Shown one piece after another: positions 48,805-57,853 of a stretch of DNA of 64,000 nucleotides (positions within the stretch are counted from its first letter, which is position 1; the number at the start of each line of letters is the position of its first letter). Source of the stretch: Acidobacteriota bacterium (lineage in GTDB: Bacteria; Acidobacteriota; UBA6911; RPQK01; JAJDTT01); the NCBI GenBank assembly GCA_965217775.1, contig CBDCJH010000002.1, positions 6,176,001 through 6,240,000 of the forward strand, read 5' to 3'. Position numbers and translations under genes: made by a program. The notes under the pieces were generated by a model. That model did not search any database and had not been told where the DNA came from. It worked only from the letters and a program-made list of their open reading frames with translations.

Positions 48805-50055
48805 GTGGTCTTCGCCAAGGGCAAGCTGGCGATTCTTCTGCTTTCGGCGCTGGTGGTCGTCTACGGGCTCGTGGGCGGGTCCATGGACCGGGTTGTGGCC
48901 AGAGACGCGTCCTACCAGGAACTCTCCCTCTTCACGGCGGTCGTCAGGCGGGTCCAGGACGACTATGTCGAAAAACCGGAGATGAAGGATGCCCTGTTGG
49001 GGGCCCTCCACGGGATCGTGGAGGCGGTGGACCCGTATTCGAGCTTCGTTCCCCAGGAAAGTTACCAGGCGTATCAGGCCCGGTCCGAAGCCTCACCCGG
49101 GATCTACATTTCCAAACGTTCCGGCTATGCCTACGTGGTTTCGGTGGTGCAAGGCAGCCCTGCCGAGCGCAAAGGAGTTCGAACCGGCGATTGGATCGAG
49201 TCGATCGATGCCCGGAAAACGACGCAGATGAGCCGTTGGGAGGCACAATACATGCTCCAGGGAGCACCGGGCACCGAGGTGAAGCTCAGGCTGATCCGGG
49301 CGCGCCGACCGCCCACCGAGGTCCGGTTGGTGCGGGAGGCTCCCGTCCCCGAGAAGTTCAAAGCGGAGATCGTGGAGACGGGGCTGGGATGGCTCCGGAT
49401 CCCGAGTCTTAAGACCGGCAGCGCCAAACAGGTGCGAAAGGGGTTTCGGATGCTGCGGTCCGCTGATGTGAAGGGAATCCTGTTGGATGTTCGAGGCGTG
49501 GCCGAGGGGGAGGTGTCGGAGGCTGTCGAGGTCGCGGGGCTCTTGCTTCCCAAAGGGAGCATGGTGCTCACCGTCAAGGATCGCCAGGATGGTTCCGTGG
49601 TGCACACTACGACCGCCGAGCCCTTGCTGGCCGGAGTGCCGGCGGTGGTCTTGGCCGACGGGGGAACCAGCGGGGCGGCCGAGATACTTACGGCAGCACT
49701 GAAGGACCATAAGGTGGCTACGGTGGTGGGTTTGAAGACGGACGGCAGAGGATCGGGACAGGAGCTTTTCCATCTCGGAGGCGGATCGGTGCTGTATCTC
49801 GCTACCAAGCTCTACTATCGGCCCAGCGGCAGTGCGATCCAAAAGAAGAAGCTCAAGGACTCTGGAATCTCCCCCGATGTTCGAGCTCCGGACGAGGATT
49901 TCGTCACCAATTTTTTCCTGGAAAATGTCTCGGACGACCCCGATGCGGAATTGGGTGTGGATTTTTACAAGGGATTGGAAGAAGCTGTCCGCAAAAGACA
50001 ATTTCAGCAGGGACTCGACGAACTGCGAGGCTGGCTGGCCAAGAAAGCCGCATAA
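48805..50055 (+). CDS. CtpA/S41-like PDZ protein, catalytic residues degenerate
   Basis: DPYSSF, PDZ GSPAERKGVRTGD and GISPDV; motifs read TSGAAE and TDGRG; start approximate. Confidence 0.8.
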   Translation: MVFAKGKLAILLLSALVVVYGLVGGSMDRVVARDASYQELSLFTAVVRRVQDDYVEKPEMKDALLGALHGIVEAVDPYSSFVPQESYQAYQARSEASPGIYISKRSGYAYVVSVVQGSPAERKGVRTGDWIESIDARKTTQMSRWEAQYMLQGAPGTEVKLRLIRARRPPTEVRLVREAPVPEKFKAEIVETGLGWLRIPSLKTGSAKQVRKGFRMLRSADVKGILLDVRGVAEGEVSEAVEVAGLLLPKGSMVLTVKDRQDGSVVHTTTAEPLLAGVPAVVLADGGTSGAAEILTAALKDHKVATVVGLKTDGRGSGQELFHLGGGSVLYLATKLYYRPSGSAIQKKKLKDSGISPDVRAPDEDFVTNFFLENVSDDPDAELGVDFYKGLEEAVRKRQFQQGLDELRGWLAKKAA

Positions 50056-50109
50056 GATTCGGGCCTGAATGCACAAGATGAACACTCGGTACGATAAGGA
50101 GAAGCGGGA

Positions 50110-50382
50110 ATGAACAAGGCTGAGTTGATCGGTTCTATCGCCGGAAAGGCGAATCTCAGCAAGAGCGATGCCCGAGCAGCGGTGGAGGCCGTGGTGTCCA
50201 CCATTCAGGCGGCCATGAAGAGCGGTGACAAGGTTTCTCTCGTGGGGTTCGGCACCTTTTCGGCTCCCACCCGTCCTGCCCGTTCGGGGCGCAACCCTCG
50301 GACCGGAGAAGCGATTCAGATTCCTGCCAGAAAGATTCCAAAATTCACGCCGGGGAGGTCATTGAGGGACTCGATTCAGTAG
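50110..50382 (+). CDS. hup: DNA-binding protein HU
   Basis: MNKAELI...LVGFGTF...GRNPRTGE. Confidence 0.96.
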   Translation: MNKAELIGSIAGKANLSKSDARAAVEAVVSTIQAAMKSGDKVSLVGFGTFSAPTRPARSGRNPRTGEAIQIPARKIPKFTPGRSLRDSIQ

Positions 50383-50478
50383 GGGTCGAGTCCACATATG
50401 AGTCCAGGGTAAGGGTCGACGCGCCGTCGGGCACTGGCCCCGGTGTGACTCCGAATTCGTGTGCTATGATCCCGGTGT

Positions 50479-50553
50479 AGGTGCGTAGCTCAGGGGGAGA
50501 GCACTTCCTTGACGCGGAAGGGGTCAGCGGTTCAAATCCGCTCGCACCTACCA
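50479..50553 (+). tRNA. tRNA-Val(GAC)
   Basis: AGGTGCG acceptor, CTTCC-TTGACGC-GGAAG anticodon arm, GGTTCAAATCC, CCA end. Confidence 0.97.
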
Positions 50554-50568
50554 TTTTTTTACCTGGTG

Positions 50569-50590
50569 GTTCCGGTTCGTAACCCGGAGT
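50569..50590 (+). promoter_or_regulatory. thrS leader hairpin with tRNA-Thr anticodon-like loop
   Basis: TCCGG-TTCGTAA-CCCGGA; the 3' arm contains the GGAG SD. Confidence 0.6.
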
Positions 50591-50599
50591 GCGATCGAA

Positions 50600-52402
50600 A
50601 TGGCCGGACAGAGAATCATGAAGACCATCCATAGGGATGGAACCGTTCATGACGTATTCGATCCCGACGAAGCCCTGGAAACCCTGCGCCATTCGACCTC
50701 TCACCTGATGGCCCTGGCGGTCAGCCACCTCTACCCGGGAGTCAGTCTGGGCATCGGTCCTCCCACTGGCGAAGGCTTCTACTACGACTTCCAGATGTCG
50801 CACCGGCTGACGGAGGAGGATCTGCCCCGAATCCAAACCAAAATGGAAGAGCTCAAGGCGCGGAATCTGGTTTTTGAGCCGTCCATTCTGGAGCTTTCCG
50901 AAGCGCTGGAATTCTTTCGCGGTCGCGGCGAGGAGTTGAAGACCGAGTTGATCGAAGAGCGAAAAAGCGAGGTCCTCTCTTCCTATCGCCTGGGAGACCT
51001 GGTGGATTTCTGCACCGGGCCGCACCTGCTTTCCACGGCTCAGCTCGGCTCGTTCCGGCTGCTTTCCATTGCCGGTTCCTATTGGCGGGGTGACGAACAC
51101 CGGGAACAACTGCAACGGATTTACGGGACGGCTTTTTTCTCGTCCCGGGAACTGGATGACCATCTGCAGCGGCTGGAGGAAGCCAGGAACCGCGACCATC
51201 GGAAATTGGGCCGGGAGTTGGATCTCTACTCGGTTCCGGAGGGCGTGGCTCCAGGTCTCATATTCTGGCATCCCAAGGGAGCCAAGGTCCGGGAGAAGAT
51301 CGAGGAGTTCCTTCGCGAAGAGCATGAAGCGCGCGGTTACCAGTTCGTATACACGCCCCATATTGCCAAGTGCGACCTTTGGAAGACTTCCGGCCACTAC
51401 GAGTTTTTCCGGGAGAACATGTACACGTTGCCCGTGGACGACGAAGAGTACGTGCTCAAGCCCATGAACTGTCCCGGGCACATCCTCATTTACAAGTCGA
51501 GAAAACGCAGTTACCGCGAACTGCCCATCCGTCTCGCCGAGTTCGGTACCGTCTATCGGTACGAGAAGTCGGGAACGCTTCACGGGATGCTGCGGGTTCG
51601 GGGGTTCACCCAGGACGACGCCCATATCTTCTGCCGGCCGGATCAGGTTTTTTCGGAAGTGGTTGCCACCTTGGACCTCGCCGAGCATCTTCTCAGCACG
51701 TTCGGTTTTCAGGGCCATGAGATCATGTTGGCCGTCTGGGACTCGGAACACACCGAGCACTATGCCGGAGGGCGTGACGATTGGGAGAGGGCCGAGTCGG
51801 TTCTGGTCCAGGCGTTGGAGGAAAAGGGTTGGCCGTACCGCCGCCAGCCGGGCGAGGCTGCTTTCTATGGTCCCAAGATCGACATCAGTTTGATCGATGC
51901 TCTGGGGCGAACCTGGCAGGTCACCACGTTGCAGTTCGACTTCAACCTGCCGGCCCGTTTCAACATTACCTATGCCGATTCCGATTCCCGCGAACAGCAC
52001 GTCATCATGTTGCATCGAGCCTTGCTCGGTTCCATGGAGCGGTTCATGGGGATTCTGATCGAACACTACGGAGGCGCGTTTCCGCCGTGGCTGTCGCCGG
52101 TACAGGCGTCGGTGCTCCCGGTGAGCGAACGGCACCATGAATACGCGGTCGAGGTCCGCGACCTGCTCTCGGGGACAGGATTGCGGGTCGAGGCGGACTT
52201 GAGAAACGAAAAGTTGGGATACAAGATCAGAAGCGCCCAGATGAGCAAGGTGCCTTACATGCTCGTGGTGGGCGATCGAGAGGTGCAGGGTCGTACCGTA
52301 TCGGTACGGGATCGCCGGCGGGGCAATCAGGGGGCATGCCCGGTGGACGGTTTTTCCCGGACGCTTGGTCGGAAGGTGGCTCAGAGAGCGCTGGACATCT
52401 GA
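50600..52402 (+). CDS. thrS: Threonyl-tRNA synthetase (no N-terminal TGS domain)
   Basis: [30 protein letters not shown] and [11 protein letters not shown] motifs. Confidence 0.97.
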   Translation: MAGQRIMKTIHRDGTVHDVFDPDEALETLRHSTSHLMALAVSHLYPGVSLGIGPPTGEGFYYDFQMSHRLTEEDLPRIQTKMEELKARNLVFEPSILELSEALEFFRGRGEELKTELIEERKSEVLSSYRLGDLVDFCTGPHLLSTAQLGSFRLLSIAGSYWRGDEHREQLQRIYGTAFFSSRELDDHLQRLEEARNRDHRKLGRELDLYSVPEGVAPGLIFWHPKGAKVREKIEEFLREEHEARGYQFVYTPHIAKCDLWKTSGHYEFFRENMYTLPVDDEEYVLKPMNCPGHILIYKSRKRSYRELPIRLAEFGTVYRYEKSGTLHGMLRVRGFTQDDAHIFCRPDQVFSEVVATLDLAEHLLSTFGFQGHEIMLAVWDSEHTEHYAGGRDDWERAESVLVQALEEKGWPYRRQPGEAAFYGPKIDISLIDALGRTWQVTTLQFDFNLPARFNITYADSDSREQHVIMLHRALLGSMERFMGILIEHYGGAFPPWLSPVQASVLPVSERHHEYAVEVRDLLSGTGLRVEADLRNEKLGYKIRSAQMSKVPYMLVVGDREVQGRTVSVRDRRRGNQGACPVDGFSRTLGRKVAQRALDI

Positions 52403-52463
52403 CCATTCTTTGGGGCATTGTGGTCGTTTGTCCCCGTTGATTCGAAAAAGAGGAGTCGATTCT

Positions 52464-52976
52464 ATTCAGAGAGCACGAGTCAATCATCGGATAAGAGCCA
52501 GGGAAATTCGGGTCATCGACGAGAATGGGAGCCAGTTGGGAATCATGCCTCCGCCCGAGGCACGGCGGTTGGCTCAGGAGAGAGCTCTCGACCTGGTCGA
52601 GGTCGCTCCCACCGCCAGGCCTCCCGTTTGTCGAATCATGGACTACGGGAAGTACCTGTACCAGCAACGAAAGAAGGCTCAGGAGGCTCGAAAGCACCAA
52701 AAAGTCATTCAGGTCAAGGAAGTCAAGTTCAGGCCCAAGATCGACCGGCATGACTATGAGTTCAAGAAGAAACACATTCTGCGTTTCTTGAAGGACGAAA
52801 ACAGGGTCAAGGCCACCGTCATCTTCAGGGGTCGAGAGATCACTCACTCCGAATTGGGCGAGGAGATTTTGAACCAACTGCGGGGCGAATTGAACGAGGT
52901 CGCCGACGTCGAGCGGAGGCCCCGGTTGGAAGGCCACACCATGACCATGATCCTGGTGCCCAGAAAACAGCCCTGA
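52464..52976 (+). CDS. infC: Translation initiation factor IF-3 (probable ATT start)
   Basis: AGGAG SD 8 nt before ATT; [19 protein letters not shown] and KEVKFRPKI motifs. Confidence 0.93.
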   Translation: MQRARVNHRIRAREIRVIDENGSQLGIMPPPEARRLAQERALDLVEVAPTARPPVCRIMDYGKYLYQQRKKAQEARKHQKVIQVKEVKFRPKIDRHDYEFKKKHILRFLKDENRVKATVIFRGREITHSELGEEILNQLRGELNEVADVERRPRLEGHTMTMILVPRKQP

Positions 52977-53079
52977 ATCCACTCGGATTTCCGCTTCAGC
53001 TCCGGTTCCTCAAGCGGCCGGGCTCGATTTTCGTTAGGCTGAGCGTGAGCAATCCGAGTACAGAGTGAGGAAGACGGCG

Positions 53080-53271
53080 ATGCGATTGAAAACCAAACGC
53101 GCGGCGGCCAAGCGATTCAAGGTCACCGGGTCCGGCAAGATCAGGCGGCGGCACAGCCATCACAGCCATATTTTGACCAAGAAGAATCGCAAGCGGAAGC
53201 GGAACTTGAAGGACTGGGCCGGCCTGTCCTCGTCAGACAAGAAGCGCGTGCGAAAGATGCTTCATATTTAG
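53080..53271 (+). CDS. rpmI: 50S ribosomal protein L35
   Basis: [23 protein letters not shown]. Confidence 0.96.
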   Translation: MRLKTKRAAAKRFKVTGSGKIRRRHSHHSHILTKKNRKRKRNLKDWAGLSSSDKKRVRKMLHI

Positions 53272-53306
53272 CACCCGCGGTTTCTTCGGGCGCTGGAGGT
53301 TCCATC

Positions 53307-53663
53307 ATGTCGAGGGTAAAGAGAGGGGTTAAGCGAAAGCGGAGACGCAAGAAGATCCTCCGCTTGGCCAAGGGTTACTGGGGCGCCAAGGGCCGGCTTC
53401 ACCGGGCGGCGAAGGAACAGGTAAATCGTTCGCTGGCCTACTCCTATCGGGACCGGCGGCAGAAGAAGCGGAACTTCCGGAGGCTCTGGATCATCCGGGT
53501 CAACGCGGCCGCGCGGGAACACAGCCTTTCCTACAGCCAGTTCATGTACGGCCTGAAGAAAGCGGGCTTGGAGCTGAGCCGCAAGATGCTGGCCGATCTG
53601 GCCGTCAGAGATCCACAGGCCTTCGGCAAGATCGCTGACCTGGCTCGCAGTGCCTTGCGTTAA
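53307..53663 (+). CDS. rplT: 50S ribosomal protein L20
   Basis: [32 protein letters not shown]. Confidence 0.97.
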   Translation: MSRVKRGVKRKRRRKKILRLAKGYWGAKGRLHRAAKEQVNRSLAYSYRDRRQKKRNFRRLWIIRVNAAAREHSLSYSQFMYGLKKAGLELSRKMLADLAVRDPQAFGKIADLARSALR

Positions 53664-53822
53664 CAGCCCGTGGCAAAAGTCGTCGCGGCATTCGACCGGG
53701 TCTGCATCCCGGCGGACTGCGTTGCTCCTCGGTCACATACTCCCGGTATGCTCCCTCAGAGCGCCTTGTCCGGCGGGCGCAGCCCCGGTCTCGGTGCTGC
53801 GCGGGACTTCCACCACGGACTG
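53664..53822. mobile_element. MITE (159 bp), family A copy 2
   Basis: TIRs CAGCCCGTGGCAAAAGTC / GACTTCCACCACGGACTG; flanks TTAA/TTAG; inverted homolog of 260-417. Confidence 0.85.
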
Positions 53823-53884
53823 TTAGGTAGCGGTTCGCGTCAGGATCTCAACCTCTCCCGAACTCCACTTCTGGATCCGAGTCG

Positions 53885-54910
53885 ATGAAGCCGGAAGATC
53901 CGACTCATCTCTGGCAGAGCTTTCAGGTTGAATTGCAGGCCGTCTCTTCCAAGGCGGCGCTCACCCGGCTCCGGGACCGTTATCTCAGCCGTCAAAGAGG
54001 CCTGCTGACGCTCCAGTTGAGGGGTCTCGGACGACTCGCTCCCCAGGAACGGCCCCGGGTGGGCAAGAGCCTGAACCGGATCAAGGGCCGGATCGAATCG
54101 GCCCTGGCTCAGCGAGGCCGGGAGCTCGAGTCCGAACAGCGCCGCGCCCGGCTCGAGTCGGAGCGTCTGGACATTACTCTGCCGGGCTATCTCCCTCCTC
54201 AGGGCAGGCCTCATCCTCTGACACGGGTGCGGCGTGAGATGGAGGAGATTGCCGTGCGCATGGGATTCTCCGTCCTCTCCGGACCCGAGCTGGAGCTGGA
54301 TCACTACAATTTCGAAGCCCTCAACATGCCCAAGGAGCATCCTGCCCGGGACACGCAGGATACGCTCTACATCACCGAGAACCTGCTGCTGAGGACCCAT
54401 ACCTCCCCGGTTCAGATCCGGACCATGGAGCGCCAGCAGCCCCCCATCCGCATGGTGGTTCCCGGCCGCGTCTACCGGCGGGACACCGTGGACGCGACTC
54501 ACAGCCCCATGTTTCACCAGATGGAAGGCCTGGTCGTGGACGAGGGGATCACTTTCGGAGATCTGAAGGGAACTTTGGAAGTCTTTTTGAGAGAGTTGTT
54601 CTCCCGTGACCTGAAGGTGAGGTTTCGGCCCAGCTACTTCCCCTTTGTCGAGCCCGGAGCCGAAGTGGACATCGAATGCATATTCTGCTCGTCCCGAGGT
54701 TGCGGCATCTGCAAGCGCACGGGATGGATCGAGATCATGGGCGCGGGCATGGTCCATCCCCGGGTCTTCTCCATGGTCGGGTACGATGCCGAGCGGTACA
54801 CCGGATTCGCGTGGGGAATGGGCATCGATCGTATCGCCATCCTCAAGTATCGCGTCAGCGATCTGCGACTCTTTTTCGACAATGACCTCAGGTTTCTCCG
54901 GCAGTTCTGA
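53885..54910 (+). CDS. pheS: Phenylalanyl-tRNA synthetase alpha
   Basis: HPARDTQDT, RTHTSPVQ, FRPSYFPFVEP and GFAWGMGIDR motifs. Confidence 0.97.
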   Translation: MKPEDPTHLWQSFQVELQAVSSKAALTRLRDRYLSRQRGLLTLQLRGLGRLAPQERPRVGKSLNRIKGRIESALAQRGRELESEQRRARLESERLDITLPGYLPPQGRPHPLTRVRREMEEIAVRMGFSVLSGPELELDHYNFEALNMPKEHPARDTQDTLYITENLLLRTHTSPVQIRTMERQQPPIRMVVPGRVYRRDTVDATHSPMFHQMEGLVVDEGITFGDLKGTLEVFLRELFSRDLKVRFRPSYFPFVEPGAEVDIECIFCSSRGCGICKRTGWIEIMGAGMVHPRVFSMVGYDAERYTGFAWGMGIDRIAILKYRVSDLRLFFDNDLRFLRQF

Positions 54911-54933
54911 CCCGGCCGCCAGACAGTGACGTC

Positions 54934-56988
54934 ATGAAGATCGGATGGAATTGGCTGCAGGAATATCTGGACCTCCGGGGATTGGACCCGGATCGGCTCT
55001 CCGAGGCTCTGGGAATGCTGGGTTTCCCCGTGGAGTCCGTGGAGGAGACCGGGGACGGCCGGGTCCTGGAACTGGAAGTGACGACGAACCGGCCCGATTG
55101 TCTGAATCATCTGGGCGTCGCCCGGGAGGTCTCGGCGAGGTTTGGCCTGGAAGTCAGAGTCCCCGACCTTTCGGAACCATCGGATGGAGGCCTCTCAAAG
55201 CCGAGAGCGCGGGTCTCGATCGAGGCGCCGGACCTGTGCCCCAGGTACGCGGCCCGAGTCATGGCGGACGTGAAGATCGGACCCTCCCCCGACTGGCTCA
55301 AGAGACGGATCGAGTCGGTGGGGCAAAGGCCCATCAACAACGTCGTCGATATCACCAATTTTGTCCTCTACGAGTTGGGCCAACCCCTGCACGGCTTCGA
55401 TCTGGACCGATTGAGCGAGCGGAGGATCATCGTCCGCAGAGCGGCGGAAGGGGAACGGTTGACCACGTTGGACGGAGTGGACAGGCGCCTCGACCCGTCG
55501 ATGCTGGTCATTGCCGATGCCTCTCGAGCCGTGGCGCTGGCCGGCATTATGGGAGGGATGGAAACGGAGATTTCCGCCGTTACCAGGAACTTGCTTCTGG
55601 AGAGTGCCTACTTCGAGCCGTTGTCCGTCCGGCGTACCGCCAAGCGGCTGGGAATGCGAACCGATGCCTCTTACCGGTTTGAGCGGGGTGCCGATCCGGC
55701 CTTGGCCCGGAAGGCCTTGAACCGGGCCTGCCGGATGATCCGGGAGATTGCCGGGGGCTCCTGCGAGGGTCCGGTGATCGACGAGTTCCCCCGGCCCATC
55801 CCCGCCCGGGAGATTCGGCTTCGAAGCGGCCGGTTGACTCAGGTGCTGGGTGTCTCGTTGGATCCGGAATTCGTCGAAGCGGCGTTGGACCGCCTGGGTT
55901 TCGAACTGGCGCCACAGGATGGTGACTCCTGGAGGGTTCGGGTCCCCAGCTTCCGGGCGGACGTGGACCTCGAGGACGATCTGGTGGAGGAGGTGGCACG
56001 CGAATACGGCTATGACCGGCTCCCCACCACCTATCCCGCCGCCGCGGCGGCCGGAAAATTCTCCGAGTCGGAAGGACATAAGAGGCGGGTGTCGTCCTCA
56101 CTGGAGTCCTGTGGATTCTTTGAAGCCATGAACTACGCCTTCACCAATCCGGGCAGGGAGGAGACCTTCCTCGGCCGGCGGGCGCCGCTGGTCCCTATCG
56201 CCAATCCCCTTTCCGAGGATCATACGCATCTGAGAAGCACGCTCCTTCCCGGGTTGGCGGAATCGATTCGGCACAATCTGAATTTCGGAAACGGGAGCGT
56301 CCGTCTATTCGAAACCGGGAAAGTCTTCTTCCGGAGAGGCGAGGATCCTGAGCAAGCGCAGGAGTCGCGGTATCTGGGGCTGGCGGCAACCGGTTCGGCC
56401 CATGGTCCATTCTGGAGCGGTGCCTCGGAGCCTTTCGGATTTCATCACCTGAAGGGGACCCTTCAGCTGCTTTTCCGGAAATTTGGATTCGAGGTCGAAT
56501 ACCGCGCGGTTGCCGGACTGCAGTTTCTTCATCCCGGAATCTCCGCGGAGATCCTGCGGGAGGAACGCCGCCTCGGCGTCTTGGGAAAACTACATCCCCG
56601 GCTCCATGCCCATTACAAGTTCTCACAAGACGTACTGGTGGCGGAACTCCGGTTGGACGGGCTGTACGGCCGGGACCTCGAGGATCCGGCGTATGAGGTG
56701 TTGTCGCGGTTCCCATCGGTGGAGCACGACTTTTCATTTCTCGTTGACAAGAGTGTGAGTTTCGCTAAACTGATAAATGCCATTCGGGGCCTGAGCATTC
56801 CGGAGCTTCGGAATATCAGGCTCATTGATCTCTATCGCGGCTCGAGTGTTCCCAAAGATAAGGTTGGCTTGACTCTGCGTCTGACCTTTGCCGATGCGGA
56901 GAGGACGCTGACTCTGCCTGAGGTCAAGCCCCTTAGTGAACGGGTTTTTTCCTTTATGCGCCGGGAATTGGGCGTGGAAGGGCGGTAG
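54934..56988 (+). CDS. pheT: Phenylalanyl-tRNA synthetase beta (short form)
   Basis: TNRPDCL, NNVVDITN, ASYRFERG and DLVEEVAR motifs; lacks the B2 OB-fold. Confidence 0.96.
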   Translation: MKIGWNWLQEYLDLRGLDPDRLSEALGMLGFPVESVEETGDGRVLELEVTTNRPDCLNHLGVAREVSARFGLEVRVPDLSEPSDGGLSKPRARVSIEAPDLCPRYAARVMADVKIGPSPDWLKRRIESVGQRPINNVVDITNFVLYELGQPLHGFDLDRLSERRIIVRRAAEGERLTTLDGVDRRLDPSMLVIADASRAVALAGIMGGMETEISAVTRNLLLESAYFEPLSVRRTAKRLGMRTDASYRFERGADPALARKALNRACRMIREIAGGSCEGPVIDEFPRPIPAREIRLRSGRLTQVLGVSLDPEFVEAALDRLGFELAPQDGDSWRVRVPSFRADVDLEDDLVEEVAREYGYDRLPTTYPAAAAAGKFSESEGHKRRVSSSLESCGFFEAMNYAFTNPGREETFLGRRAPLVPIANPLSEDHTHLRSTLLPGLAESIRHNLNFGNGSVRLFETGKVFFRRGEDPEQAQESRYLGLAATGSAHGPFWSGASEPFGFHHLKGTLQLLFRKFGFEVEYRAVAGLQFLHPGISAEILREERRLGVLGKLHPRLHAHYKFSQDVLVAELRLDGLYGRDLEDPAYEVLSRFPSVEHDFSFLVDKSVSFAKLINAIRGLSIPELRNIRLIDLYRGSSVPKDKVGLTLRLTFADAERTLTLPEVKPLSERVFSFMRRELGVEGR

Positions 56989-57011
56989 CGTCGAGTTCTG
57001 GAGCTGGACAC

Positions 57012-57269
57012 GTGGACGTTGACCAGGCATGGCGGGAACTGGAGGTTTCCACCGATCAGACAGTGAGACTCCTGGTGCGCCTCCGGAATGAAAACGCATT
57101 GCTTCAGGAAAAAATCGATCAGCTAAACCGAGAATTGGAGGAGCTGGGTAGAGACAACCAGATCAAGACTGGGGCGGTCGAGCGTCTGCGCAGCGACGTG
57201 AAATCGCGAGTGGAAAGCATCATGGAAAAGGTGTCCACCCTGGAGCAGCATCACCCGTACGGGTTGTAG
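57012..57269 (+). CDS. ZapB-like coiled-coil protein
   Basis: Heptad coiled coil between pheT and zapA. Confidence 0.6.
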   Translation: MDVDQAWRELEVSTDQTVRLLVRLRNENALLQEKIDQLNRELEELGRDNQIKTGAVERLRSDVKSRVESIMEKVSTLEQHHPYGL

Positions 57270-57276
57270 GTGAGAC

Positions 57277-57591
57277 GTGGCAGCCGAAATGGATCAGAGT
57301 GTCGCGGTCAAGATCTTTCATCGTACGTATCGTCTTCGGAGTCGGGGCGATGCTGACCACATCCGGGACTTGGCGGACTACGTGGATCGTCATATGGTCC
57401 AGGTTTCCGACCGGACGCCGACGGTAGACACGCTCAGGGTCGCCATCTTGGCCGCATTGAGCATTGCCGACGAGTGCCTTTCCGCCAGAAGGCGGCTAGA
57501 AAGAGTTGAAGCGAAGGTCTGCCGCAAGAGCGGAGAATTGAATGAGCTCTTGAGGTCCGTACTGAGTTCCGAGGGCTCCGAACGGACTTGA
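57277..57591 (+). CDS. zapA: Cell division protein ZapA
   Basis: VKIFHRTYRL, LADYVDRHM and RVAILAALSIADE motifs. Confidence 0.9.
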   Translation: MAAEMDQSVAVKIFHRTYRLRSRGDADHIRDLADYVDRHMVQVSDRTPTVDTLRVAILAALSIADECLSARRRLERVEAKVCRKSGELNELLRSVLSSEGSERT

Positions 57592-57607
57592 GTGGACAGG
57601 AATGGAA

Positions 57608-57787
57608 GCCCGGCCCCTGCGATGTACGTGATGGTTTGTGAGATTTGAGTCAACACTCTTGAATCGGGAGCTTGAGTCCGGACGTCATGAGTTTCGCCGT
57701 TATCGGTGAAGTCTGAGACCAACGGCAGGGCACCCACCTGTTTCCGACGGGTTCAATCTCACGCTCCACACGGCAGAGCGGGGGTGA
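57608..57787 (+). ncRNA. ssrS: 6S RNA
   Basis: Conserved zapA-6S-rny position; 5' CCCCTGCGATGT, internal GGGAGC...GGCACCCACCTG and 3' GGTTCAA...GCAGAGCGGGG resemble 6S; ends approximate. Confidence 0.8.
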
Positions 57788-57853
57788 TTCACCGCCCCGC
57801 AACGTCCCTTACCGTATCGGTTGTTTCCCCGACCTCCGTCTGGAGCGCACGAC

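Noticed and set aside
50554-53884. T-box leaders for thrS or pheS
   Set aside because: Leaders too short or MITE-filled; no T-box consensus.
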